Part shown: one piece after another, positions 37,401 to 50,400 of the stretch
How the letters are laid out: each line of letters opens with the position of its first letter
Numbering within the stretch: position 1 is the first letter of the stretch
NCBI RefSeq assembly: GCF_964204645.1
Contig: NC_134032.1
Span: forward strand, 9,908,275-9,972,274
Source: Tubulanus polymorphus
Taxonomy: Eukaryota > Animalia > Nemertea
DNA: 64,000 bases
Direction: 5' to 3'
Program-made: the position numbers and the translations under genes
The notes under the pieces: generated by a model
The model's input: only the letters and a program-made list of their open reading frames with translations
The model's database searches: none
Told to the model about the DNA's origin: nothing

Positions 37401-40400
37401 TCCAGTTCCACGGTTATATTGGTTTTCTGTGACTCTGAACCCTATTCCTCGGACAGGTGGGTATAATTTCACTCTGGATCCAGTTCCACAGTTGCGTAGG
37501 TTGAAATCGAATTTAGATCCAGTTCCACATTTGTATAGGCTTATTTAGACTCTTGATCCAGTTTTACAGCTATATGGGTTTAATTCGACTTCAGATCCAG
37601 TTCCACAGTTATGCGGGTTTAATTTCACTGTGTCCCACATTGGAAGACATTTTCCTACCGTCATTTGTTAATGATAAGGAACCGGATATAAAAAAGCAAT
37701 CATGAACGTTTGATAAAAACACATTATCACTTTATCAACAGGAAGTTAACCCCCTGATAATTTGTTCTCTTATCAACGTTCATGAAGGGCCATGTCTCAA
37801 TGAAAAACGTTGACCCTTTTCAACTGAATTAACAAAGAAATCGAATGGATTTTTAAGGGGTAAACTTCTTTTTTTTTCGTTGAAACTGGCCCCAAATCTG
37901 TTGAACTGGATCCTGAACATGTGGAATTGTGGAACTGGGTCTAGAACTGCAGAACTAGGTCCTGAACTGTGGAACTGCAGAACTCGTCTAGAAATGTGGA
38001 ACTAGGTCCTGAACTGTGGAACTGCAGAACTCGTCTAGAAATGTGGAACTAGGTACTGAACCATAGAACTGCGATACTGGGCCTAGAAATGTGGAACTAG
38101 GTCCTGAACTGTGGAACTGCAGAACTGGGTCTAGAAATGTGGAACTTGGCCTTGAACTTTGGAACTGTAGAACTAGATCTAGAAATGTAGAACTTGGTTC
38201 TGAACTGTTGAAACGGGTACTGGCTAAAACGATGTGTTTCGTTTGGTCGCATACTTGCACTAGTGATACGCGAATGAAGTGAATGATAGATAGTAAACTG
38301 GTAGTGAGCTGAGGTAGTGCAGCACGAGGGGGTGAGGGTAGAGCGAGATGTGAATTCTATACATGCCACTCACTACGACAAGGGACGAGGACGGAGAGAT
38401 CAATTGATGATGTCAGATATATGACAACTGGTCGCGTATAATTGAAGCAGTCGAAGACATTGATGAGATTTCTATCGGAGTTCGAGGGTCACAGCACAGT
38501 ATATAGAGATTGATATATTCACTGGCAGTCATCGTGCTGGATAGACTCTACTGAATGTTCATACACTAAGCCATAGCTCTCCTCTCCACCTCTCTCTTTC
38601 CGCTCCATCTCTTCCTCCACCTCTTCTTTTTCCCTTCCCTCCCCTTGCCCTCTTCCTTCCCCCTACCCTCCCCTTCTCATGAGACTCGCATCATATTTTA
38701 CTACTCCGGATCAATATGTGTTTAGTGCTAACTAGATACTAGACTTCTCCGCTGCTGACACTGACCGTAAACGTCAAGGTCGGAAATGATGGCTCCCGCC
38801 TTCATAAATCCCCCTATGACAATCGTCAAATCGTCTCGGTTGACTGACGCTTCCAGAAAACATGGCTTCATTCATAATCCATCTTCAAATCATTAAATCA
38901 ACCCTGTAGACACTTCCAGAAAAGATGGCTGCCTTCATAAATCTTATCCACAAATCCCCCTATGATATCATCAAAAATGCCTAGTGATCAATTCAATAGT
39001 AACTACCTAGTTAGGAAAACTAAATATACAATGTCACCATTATAGTTAGTGATATCATAGGGGGAATATTTGGACAGCGCATTATCAACGACAGCTGGTC
39101 GACGTTAAATCACATGTTACAGAGCCTGATGACTCGGGCGTTCTAATAACTCATGTTATCGTGCTGAATCTATACAGAAAATGAATGCGACGTTGATATA
39201 TTTGCGAAGAGTGATTTATTACAGTGATAGCCCCTGCTGCCGCCGGACTTTATCCGTCTGTGCCTGCTTTATAGTCATTACTTAAATGTAAATCCTTCAA
39301 CTGCCATAGTAGCCGAAGCGGGAGTACTCCACTGCCAGCGCAATAACAATCCTCAACTGCCAGGGCTGTGGGAAACCTCAACTGCCAGAGCAACAAGAAT
39401 CCTCAACTGCCAGGGCTGTGGGAAACCTCAACTGCCAGAGAAATAAGAATCCTCACCTGCCAGAGCAATAAGAATCTTCACCTGCCAGAGCAATAAGAAT
39501 CTTAGACTGCCAGGGCTGTTGGAAACCCCAACAGCGGGAGCAGTAAGAATCCTCAAATGCCAGAGCAATAAGAATCCTCACCTGCCAGAGCAATAAGAAT
39601 CTTTGACTGCCAGGGCTGTTGGAAACCCCAACTGCCGGAGCAGTAAGAATCCTCAAATGCCAGACAAGTATGAGTGGAAATCCGCAGTGGAGAACCCGCT
39701 AGAAGTCGCCAGTATATCGGTCGTCCGCGCTTTATTTCTCTTAAGTGAATCAATTATTTACGAAAACTACATTGATATCCGAGTAGAAGATGAAGTATTG
39801 AATATCCGGCGGGTGCTGGGATAATATACGGGTTCGAGAGTCTAAAAATACAGTTCAAAATTGATTAAAAACGACCTACTGCTGGTCATGCCATAGGTGG
39901 GATAGCTGGTATTGCGGGCCTCGAAAAAAGTGTTTAAAAGTAATTCTTAACAAAAGAATTGCCCCAAATTCTAAAATATATTTTCTAAATACGTACTCTT
40001 GAATATTTACTTTTTAAATATATGTATTTTTGACGGTTCCGATTTTTGTTTCTTCCAGAACGAAAAGCAAATCGATGGATAATTCGGGAACTCATCACGG
40101 AATGATGAATCCTCTCGCATGGGATAACCTCTCGACGGATATCAGGAATTTGATCGCCGACGACGAGAAAAGGCGCGAATTCCGTCGCAGTAATTCGGCC
40201 GGTAAGTCGGTTATACGATCTATCCATCGTTTAGTTCTATCCCCCGAAATGTCTTCGTTGAAGATGCGCAGCCTGGAACCGACCGCGCGCTACAACTCGA
40301 TGACTTGAAAACTCGTTTTAAACGGATAATGCTTTTAAAGGCGCTCGAAACATCGTTAATTTAGAAAAATTGCTGAAACTCCGTTTAAACTCTTTCAATT

Positions 40401-41417
40401 ATGAAAAATTGGCAATTAGATATTTGTGTCTAGCTTATAATACTGTGTCAACTACATCTAAATCGGGACGGATTGGTTTGTCTTTTTTGGGGTTGCGAAA
40501 TTAGAAATCAAGTTTAGGTACAGGGAATCTTAAAGATAAAAATTTGCTTACAAAACCACTGAATGAATGGTTTACTGAGATTGGCAGTATCGATTACGGA
40601 GGAGTCAACAGTAATCGGGATATGAAAGTGATGTGGACACTTCCTTGAAATTTGAAATGTTCTCCTTATAAAGCTCCTTATATTACAGGAATCACTCGTC
40701 GATAGAGACCCTGATCTCCCCCTTCAGAGCTTGCACTTTCCAATAGCTCTAAATACATCAATAGGAAACATTGCTTATTACAGACTTTAGAAACTTGTTC
40801 CCGACCTGGGATACTCCCTCAGACGTCGCCCGCTACCAAAATCTCGGAATCCCTTAAGAGACTATTCAATTTGTTCGACGTGCCTCTGAAATGATGCCAC
40901 ATCTTTTCGTTGTTGTAATAATGGAGTATTAATTAACGCGGTGTATGACAGTATTCAGCGAGAGCGAGGTAATGCTCGTCACGCTCACTGATTAACAAAT
41001 GTATATCGATTCGTTCTATATGGCGCTATTGAGAAACGTAGATACATAGAAAACCCTTTGTTTTACACTGGTTGCAATTAATAACAGCCGATAGAATTAG
41101 ACAGCAGCCTTTGTCGGAGAGATTAGCGACAAGTAAGAGAGAGAGAAAGAACGCCGAGGGAGAGAATTGGAAGGGACGAGGGGGAGAGGATTGAAACAGA
41201 CGAGAGGGAGAGGATTGAAAGGGGCGAGAGGGAGAGAATTGAAAGGGGCGAGGGGGAGAGGATTGAAAGCGACGAGTGGTAGAGGATGGAGCAATCAGCG
41301 AACATTTTAGTGATCGAGGCAGTATTATCGCTAGTCGTTATGCTACTCGCATCGTGAGGCCCGGGGGCGCGGAAGCGAGTTCAGGGAGCGATACTGGACC
41401 CCTGGCAAGCGAGGATG

Positions 41418-41454
<37 letters not shown>

Positions 41455-44392
41455 TAGTGGAAGAGGAAAAATCTAGTTAAAGAAAGCCCGGTAGATCAGA
41501 TAGAGAGAGAGATGGGGTAGTTGTTGTATGTTATTAAAAGTACATGTTCTCATCAATCTTTGTTTGGCAGTTTCTATAATAGAAAATCATCGATTTTCCT
41601 CTAGAGCAATTCCTCTAGGCAGCAGCAGCAGCAGCAGCAGTAGCAGCATCAGCAGCAGCACACTGGGGACACGTACGAACGAGTGTTCACGCACTCACGG
41701 ACTCCGCGGGACACTTGAGTGTTCGCGAAGAGGACACGCGGGACTCGTGTGTGTAGATTGTTCATTTACAGTAATACCTCTTTATACGGCGAACACTTTG
41801 AGACACTTTGAAAATGAACAAGAAAAAAGTGTTCGTCATGGCAGGTGTTCAATTTTAGAGAGGTGTTTACCGTTCGCTGAGGGAGGTTTTTTACCTTGAA
41901 ATAAGGATTGACCGTGTTATTGATTTGATTGGTCGATGTAGTTTGATTGATTTTAATTGGTGTCCCTTGCAAACCCACCACACCTGCCAGGTGCGAAACA
42001 GCGCGTTCGATTTTGAAATCGGAAATCGAAGTACAGATATAGTAGTTTTGTGATCAGCAGGCAAATTTACAGAATTTTTTTGTTTAAGTCAAAGTACATT
42101 TTTGTGCATTACTGGAAATTTCGATTCCAGTTCATTCGAAACAATCGTCCAACCTGTCTGAACCGGCAAGTGCCTGATTGGGGAGGTTTTACCGTATGTG
42201 GGACATGACATGAGAGTCTTGATAGGACTCATGTGTTGATTCAGTACTGATGAGAGGTCATTTCATATTCCTGTAGTACTCGGATACTAAGGGTTTTTTA
42301 CGTGCCATTTATCCTTCTTGGGCCTGTTTCATAGTTCTTGTCTATGTTCTTTATCTTTAGTTTAATCTAAAGACTGTACCGATCTTGACCTGTTAGATCG
42401 GCCATAGAACTGAGATGGTCTTATACTTGTCTTAAGTCTACGCCATGACTACGGAACCAGCCCTAACATCAAGTCGTTGTTGCTTCTCCGTCGTTTAGGG
42501 TTTAATTGAAATATTCAATTGATTGTTAATTACGTGATTATCAGAAATTCAATTAAGAAACGGCGCAAGCGACCTCGAATTTGCCCCATGTGTACTAGGT
42601 GTTTACTTAAGCGCGGGTGTTCGTTATCTACATCTGCATGTGTACGGTTTTTGTCTTAGTCGTTATGGTAACCAAGGTCAGTTGGCACTTGCGTCGCAGG
42701 CGTCGTCGTCGTTAATCAGTTTGTCGTTTAGTGAGAGAGTTAATTACTGTTCGTTAATGAGCTTCGTCGTGATTGATCTTTTAACGATGACAACGAACGA
42801 ATGGCGGCCAAGCCAGCGTCGACTGCTGCTGTTAACTGTCACTCGATGAACATCAAAACAATTCTATAACTATTACTACTGCTAGTATTCACTGCTGGTG
42901 CGCTCCTCATGTTGTTGGTGGCACTGCTGGTGCATTCTATGTACTGCTGGTACGTTGGTGGTACTGATGGTGCGCTACCGGTATTGTTGGTGTGCTGGAA
43001 CTGCTTGTATGTTCCTGGTACTGATAGTGCCTTGCAAGTACTGCTGGTATACTGATGGTGCGTGTTTGGTACTGCTAGGGCACTGGTGGTACTAATGGTG
43101 TGCTCCTGGTACTGATAGTGCCTTGCAAGTACTGCTGGTATACTGATGGCTCTACTGGTAATGCTGGTGCACTCCTGCTGGTACTTAAGGTGCCCTTCGA
43201 GTTCAGCTGGTGCAGTCCTGTTGGTACTCTTGGTACCCTTCAAATTGTGCTAGTTCATTGGTGGTAATGTTGGCGCACTACTGTTATGTTGGTGGTTTTC
43301 GGGACTGCCACACTGCTACCAACAATGCTGCTTGGGCACCACAACCTTGAAGATGGCCTAATAACTGAGGAACGGGGTCGAAATTCAAAAAGTTGTCTCG
43401 ACTAAATTTAGCTATCGGCTCTAGATACAACGTATCCAAAATGCAACGGGAACTGGTAATTACAGAGTTTGAGCCTGAGCCCGAGAACCGTTGTCGCCTA
43501 TGGCTTGTTCTTCATTTACCCTTACCGTGTCCCTGAACTTCACTGTTTTTGTCTCGGATGTGGTAACCGATAGGTCGGCAGGTATAAATTATTCACAGAT
43601 AGTGCGCCTTCCCGGTATCGCTGTTGCGCCGCCCGGTGCCGCGTTAATTTAGACGGTGTTCGTGGAGGTATATCGCGCAGTTGTCATCGTCTGGTTTCTT
43701 CAGAAATCTCTTGCGGGTATAATCGAATGAAACCATTGTAAACATTCTATTATTGTTCGTATGAACTTGACATTTATTCGTTTGTGCCGGAGGATGTGCA
43801 GACGTAGAAATGGCGGCAGCCGGTCGGCGAGAGAGACTCGATCGTTCGGCCATTTGACATTTCGATATTTCCGAGAATTGTTTTTACGGCCGCGCGGAAG
43901 TAGAAAAACAAGATTCGAAGATCGAATCGCGCGTAAATTGAACGTAGAAATTTTTCGAACTTCTACGAATTCTTCGACGACGACGACGTCAGTATCTCGG
44001 GACCGTGATCTACTAATAGAAGCGCGACGAAATATGCAACAACACGGCGGCAACAATATCGATCACTGTCGTCGATGGCAACGCCGCGTGTAAATCAGTT
44101 AGCCGTTTGATCCGTACGTTCGTTCGTCTGTCTGTCCGCATCTTTGCGAAGCGCGTAATCATTTCATGTTTGTTTATAGTTATTAACGCCATCGATGAAA
44201 TCTTCGTCGCTTAACATTTTACGAAAGGAATAGAATTATTATTATTATTATTTTTAATGTTATTATTATTCTTTTTGTAGCGCAGTTCTTATGATAATAG
44301 TTATTGTTTCATGCTTATTTCTAGTTGTTAACCCCTGTGCGTCAATGAAATCTACATTTAACAATTATGATAATGATAATGATATTGATGAA

Positions 44393-44436
<44 letters not shown>

Positions 44437-47400
44437 ATTTTTTTCTTTCATAGCCCAACTGATAATAATCACTGCCCTACAGATACAAGATAATTCGCAA
44501 GAAAAATGTTTGTTGAAAAATTGATCATTTTTGGCAAGTGTTGCAAACAACTTGTTGATTTCAGTATCCGCTGAGAATGACTTAACTCTTTCAGTGCATC
44601 TACACCGCAGTGCGGTTTATGAATCGGTGATGGATTTTGCTAGTACACCGCACTGCGGTGTATTGGTGTAATTAGTAATTAGTTTTTATCTCCATTGAAA
44701 GATGGCAGCACCTGTTAAACATTGTGAAATATTAGTAACTAATGATACACCACACCACGGTGTAGATGCACTATAGTGGTATTCCCGTTATTCAACACAC
44801 TAGGGTGGAATTTTTTAAAATTTTCAAATTATCTCAAGCACTTTAGGGTATTGATTAGTCAGCACTGAAAGGGTTAACAACTTAGTTGTTATCAGTCCCT
44901 AGAAGTTGTTTTCGGTGGAGGCTGAAATCGCCTAGTTGTTTCGAGCGCTGATTTTTTTTTTTTGTCAGCGGTTTCGAGATTTTGTGGCCCTAATCTCGGC
45001 CATCGCCGTATTGAGCGGATACTATTGCACGTTTATGAAAAATTTCATTTCGATGTCCTTCGTGCTCGACTGCACAATCCGGAGGGGAAAGAACCGACGA
45101 AAGATACGCGCGGCGCGAGGTTGTATTCGAGCGGAGCGAATGACGAACGAATCGATAAAGAACGTTTTTTTCTCGCTATGATTGATACAATTGTCGTCGA
45201 CGCCTGTGAATCGTCGTCCGTCCATCGATTCACCGTAGTCGTAGTCGTCGTAATTGAATTCCGGTCAAGGTCGTCACACAGTCGTCAATTGCAAACGAAA
45301 TGACGATAATCACTTGATGACCTTGATAGGAATTAGGTCGCGACCGGGTGTCCGAAATGACAGAATTTCTTTTTCAGTTTTACCAATCGACAGTTATGAT
45401 GAATATATGTACTGATCTAAAATTTCATACCGAACACCCTGCCCGTTACACTTAGCCAAACGAAGATGGCTACTTCTAATTATTCCCCTTATGACATCAT
45501 CTTCATCATCAAATTTCCCCCGAGACACTTCCGAAAAATGTGGTTGCTTACGGGTGGTTTATGAAGCCAACTTTTCCGGTCGGGTGTATGCGAATGGTTT
45601 GATGATGTCATAGGGTGATATATGAAAGCAGTTGTCTTTTCTATAGATTTGTGTTTGCGTGATTTGAGTACCGGTAGCTATCTTTTCCGGATTTGTCCGT
45701 AGTACATGTACATGCATATATGGGGGTAATTTGATGATGTCATACGGGTTTATGGTGGCATTCGTCTATTCTGACGAATGTGTTATCATCCACAGGGTTA
45801 TTTTGATTATGTCGTTAACCCTTTCAGCGATAGATTTTGCTAGTACACCACACTGCGGTGTATTGATGTAATTAGTAATTAGTAATTATCTCTTTTGAAA
45901 AATGGCAGCACGTGTCAAACATAGTGAAATACTAGTAAGTAACGATACACTGCGCCGCAGTGTAGACGCACTATAGTGGTATTCCCATTGTTCAACACAC
46001 TTTTAGGGTGGAATTTTTTAGATTTTTCAAATTATCTCCAGCACTTTAGGGTATTAATTAGTCAGCACTGAAAGGGTTAAGGATTTATTCTATATGCGTG
46101 TCTTGCCGTCGGAAATGACCTTGCAAGTATTAGTAACTAGGTCGTAATGGCTGATTGATCGGTAGTCGTATCTCTCTTCTGTTACTTACCGTCAGAACTG
46201 CTGCTGCTGTCGTGAGTACCTACTGAAAGGGGGATGGGATCGATATTTTGTATCTTTGTCATCATCGACTATTGATTACCGACTGACACGAGGAGCAGCA
46301 GCGACACGAGTAGCAGCAGCGACACGAGGCCGCGTATAATACGTAAAATCAATCAATCTCAGTCAGAATGCTCGGTGAATAGAAAAAACAACAATCGGTA
46401 TTCAACCGATGAAAACGCAACCGTTCCGTCCATATATTCGAATTCGAAATTGTAAATCCATAGTAACGAACGTATATCCCTTTTCGTGGCAAGTCTTAAC
46501 TGTTTAGATTTGCCTTTTCTCAACCCACTGAAAATTTGTACATATACACACACATACACATACACATACACATACATATACATATACATATACATATATA
46601 TATATACTATAATGATATCATATATATATATATATATACAATAAAGAAGTTTCCAGTTTCTAGGCGCCATTTTGTGGCGGTCCCTCGAGGTCCCCATTGT
46701 TACGATGATTTGCGCTCATTTTTAAAACATAAGTTTAGATTGAATATCATATAGTTCTGCAGCCCCTTGCTCGACGAAATCAATTTATACACCATTTTAA
46801 AGGAAATGAAATGCAGATATTTGCTGGTGATTCTTGGAATTTTTGAACGCAACAATTGAGAAAAGTGACGGTGTGAAACCAAGGACCGCATATCTCAACC
46901 GCGCGTAAAAGAAATCGCAATATTTATTAATTTTAAAATATCTAAGTATCTCTTAAAGCTATATTTCCAATTTTCACAGAGGTTAAAGAGGGTTATTTGC
47001 AGTTTAAGCCTGTATGAAATTTTTTTGAATATCTTTCCTGACGACTGATCTGTACCCGCTTGAGTTTGAGATTACGCGCAAAAGGGATCTCCCACTATGC
47101 ACCGCCATTTCACTGAACATTGAGATTTGTGAAAAGAAATCGCAAAAATAAGATTTTATACTGGTTTTTAATTATCAATATTGCTTCTGAAGGTTATATA
47201 TTACCTTTATTTTCATATGGTTGAAAATGGACTTTGAGTGCTTTGATGAATTCGAGTTTTGTAGCGTTGGGAAATTAAAGGATTTCTTGTAAGAGTGGGG
47301 ACTTACTGTGTTGGTCTCAAATGTGGCCTAGTTGAGAACCTAATTTGCGTTTCAACCGAATGTACCACTCATGGTTGGACACTAGTAAAAAAATCTAAGT

Positions 47401-50400
47401 TTGTGTATATTTTTGAATATGCGGCGCAGCTGAATGTTGCCAAACTGGATGTTGACCCCCTAAAACAGAATATCAAATGGGGGACAGATATGAACCCCTT
47501 TAAATATTATATTGGGATTTTATATCAGTAAGGTTTTCTGGTCGATGTTTTCCAACCAGAAGGTTGAGATTCAGTAAATTCATCGTATGATCCCAGAATG
47601 AGGGATTACCAGAGAGAGATATGTGTTAAATATGTCCTTAGCGTTTAAATTGACTGGTACATTTCACCATCGATTCTAAAACGTTTGATTTCAACGAACA
47701 CAAAATCGGCGCTAGGCTGGACGGGCTGTATACGACAATTCCTCAACTGGACCGTTCAGACTTCAATAGCGGGACAAACCGGATCCCGAAACCAGCTAAA
47801 CGAATTGCCCCCGCCAAAATATGGTACAAACAAGATATGGATTATCATCTCAAAATATCCCCATGGAAAATGTGAAGAAATCAAATTGCATTTAAAGATT
47901 TCTTGTTGCAAATCTCAATGTTCAGTGAAATTCCAATGCGCAGTGGGAGACCCCTTTTGCGCGTAATCTCAAACTCAGGCGGGTACAGATCAGTCGTCAG
48001 GAAAGATAATCAAAAGATTTTAACGCAGGCTTAAACTGCAAATAACCCTCTTTAACCACTGTAAAAATAGGAAATATAGCTTTAAGAGATACTTAGATAT
48101 TTCAAAATTAATAAATATTGTGGTTTCTTTTACGCACGGTTAAGATATGCGGTCCTTGGTTTCACATCGTCACTGTTCTCAATTGTTGCGTTCAAAAATT
48201 CCAAGAATCGCCAGCAAATATCTGCATGTCAATTCCTTTAAAATGCTGTATAACTTAAGTTCATCGAGCAAGGGGCTGCAGAACTATATGATATTCAATC
48301 TAAACTTATGTTTTAAAAATGAGCGCAAATCATCGCAACAATGGGGACCTCGAGGGACCGCCACAAAATGGCGCCTAGAAACTGGAAACTTCTTTATTAT
48401 GATATCATATATGTGTATATATAAACTATTTTGGATTTAATATTCAAAATGATGTGATATGATTATATTCGATATGATCCAACATCCGTCTGGTCTGCTT
48501 CCACTCAGTGCTTCCCCGTTGTAACGTCGGGCCGGATATGTTGCCATGATACCGACATTGTTGCGAGCTATTATGGCAAATGTTGTGAAAGCCAAGTCAA
48601 TGACTTCGAGAGTCGTGATGCGTCTCGAGGACATCTAGAATCGATACTCCGGGAGTCCTCGACTTTGTATCGTCGGGGTTTTTTTCTTCTTCGTCGCGAT
48701 GCGATACTGTTTCTACAACTTTAGATGACCTTGACATTTCGTTTCATTTGAGTCGATCTGTACTAACCCATGGGAGTCACCCGAACAGGAGTCACAGCCA
48801 GTCCACACCCATGGGAGTCACCAGAACAGGAGTCACAGCCAGTCCACACCCATGGAAGTCACCAGAACAGGAGTCACAGCCAGTCCACGCCCATGGGAGT
48901 CACCTATAGAGTCGAAAATAAAGATGACTTTCGCCTAATTTATCACATGTTTCACATTTTGCAATAGTTAAAGAAATCGTTGCCATGACGAATAAACGAT
49001 ATCAGTTTGCGTCATCATTCATACCATCATTTTCTTCATCTTCACCGGGAGGGAACCACCCAACAACAAATTAACAATTGATTTTATATTTGTTATTTTT
49101 CCACCTGAATTCGAAAGAATAACGTAGGCCTTACCTGGAAATCAGGGAAAACTAAAATAACTTCGATAAGTCAGAGAATTTCGTTTAAAAAAACTAAGGA
49201 ATCAGAGAAAAGTCTAGATTGCGTATGAAATAAACAGTTTCCGTCTATGTTGCGTATGTACTTGAATTTGTTAAGGCCTATTATTCTAAAAAGCGAAGCT
49301 TTGTCCAGCACCAAAAATGGTATTCTCTAAGGCAGAATCCTCGCCCTTTCTCCCATTCTACGCCGACCCTACTTTCCGATTTGATTTGGACCTAGGGATC
49401 CAGCTTGCACGCCCCTATTCCAACCGTTTGACCACGAAACTCTAGTGACCGCCATACTTTGTCGGTGTGTGGTGACTGGTTGTCAAGTACTGAAATTCGG
49501 CCGTGTGGGTTTATTTTGACACTGGAAACAGTAACGCGGCGGTAATGATGAAACGAACATACGCGAATCTGATCCGCTTCTACACCCATCCTCCCACGCC
49601 CCGCGCCTCGCCCTATAGGTGTTGAGAGAACAGCGATATCCGGCGTCGAATCGACATCAAACGTGCGTTTAAATGACGCTCGTCTTTGAACGCGAACGCT
49701 AGTTTAGGTGGGAGAGGCGCGCGATGCCTGCAGCGACCACCACCGATAAAACGACAACCAAGAATTACTAATCAAAAATAGATCCATATTTCTCGGTATA
49801 GATAAATGCCGTTTAGTAATTTTCCATCGTAGCTTCATCTATTTACGTCGAGGGCCTTTGTCTCATTCGTTGTGTCATCTTTTTTTTGCGTCATTTTACT
49901 TACATAGCTCAATTAAGAGAAAGTAGAATTAACTACGAAGGCCTATTCGATGGCTGCTTCCATAAGTCACCCTATGACATCTTCAAATGATCTCTTGACA
50001 TGCTCTTCATAAAGATGTCTGCTTGCATAGGTCCCTCTATGACATCATTAAATTGTGTACCGGTGATTTGATGTATAGACTCTTCTACAAATGGCTTTTT
50101 AGGAATTGCCCTATGACATCAAATTGCCCATCTAGACCCTTATAGAAAAGATGGCCACTTGCATGTATCCCCTATGACATCATAATGTTTAGTATTGCCT
50201 ATAGCGATATGATTTTTATGAACAGTGATGTGGTCGAGTGTTTTAAGCCACCGGTCACTTGTCTCTCGTCAATCCAGGGTTCATGGGTTTGGTGCAGTCC
50301 TGGTGGGTGCAGTCAGTCCGTCATGAACTGGCCTCGTCGATCCAGGGTTCATGTGTTTGAGGTCTGGTGGTATCAGCCAGCCAGCCAGCCAGCCAGCCAG

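Noticed and set aside
43761-44093. 110-aa Arg-rich ORF as an alternative OXR1 first exon
   Set aside because: It has no convincing phase-1 donor in that frame, so it is kept only as a CpG-rich island.
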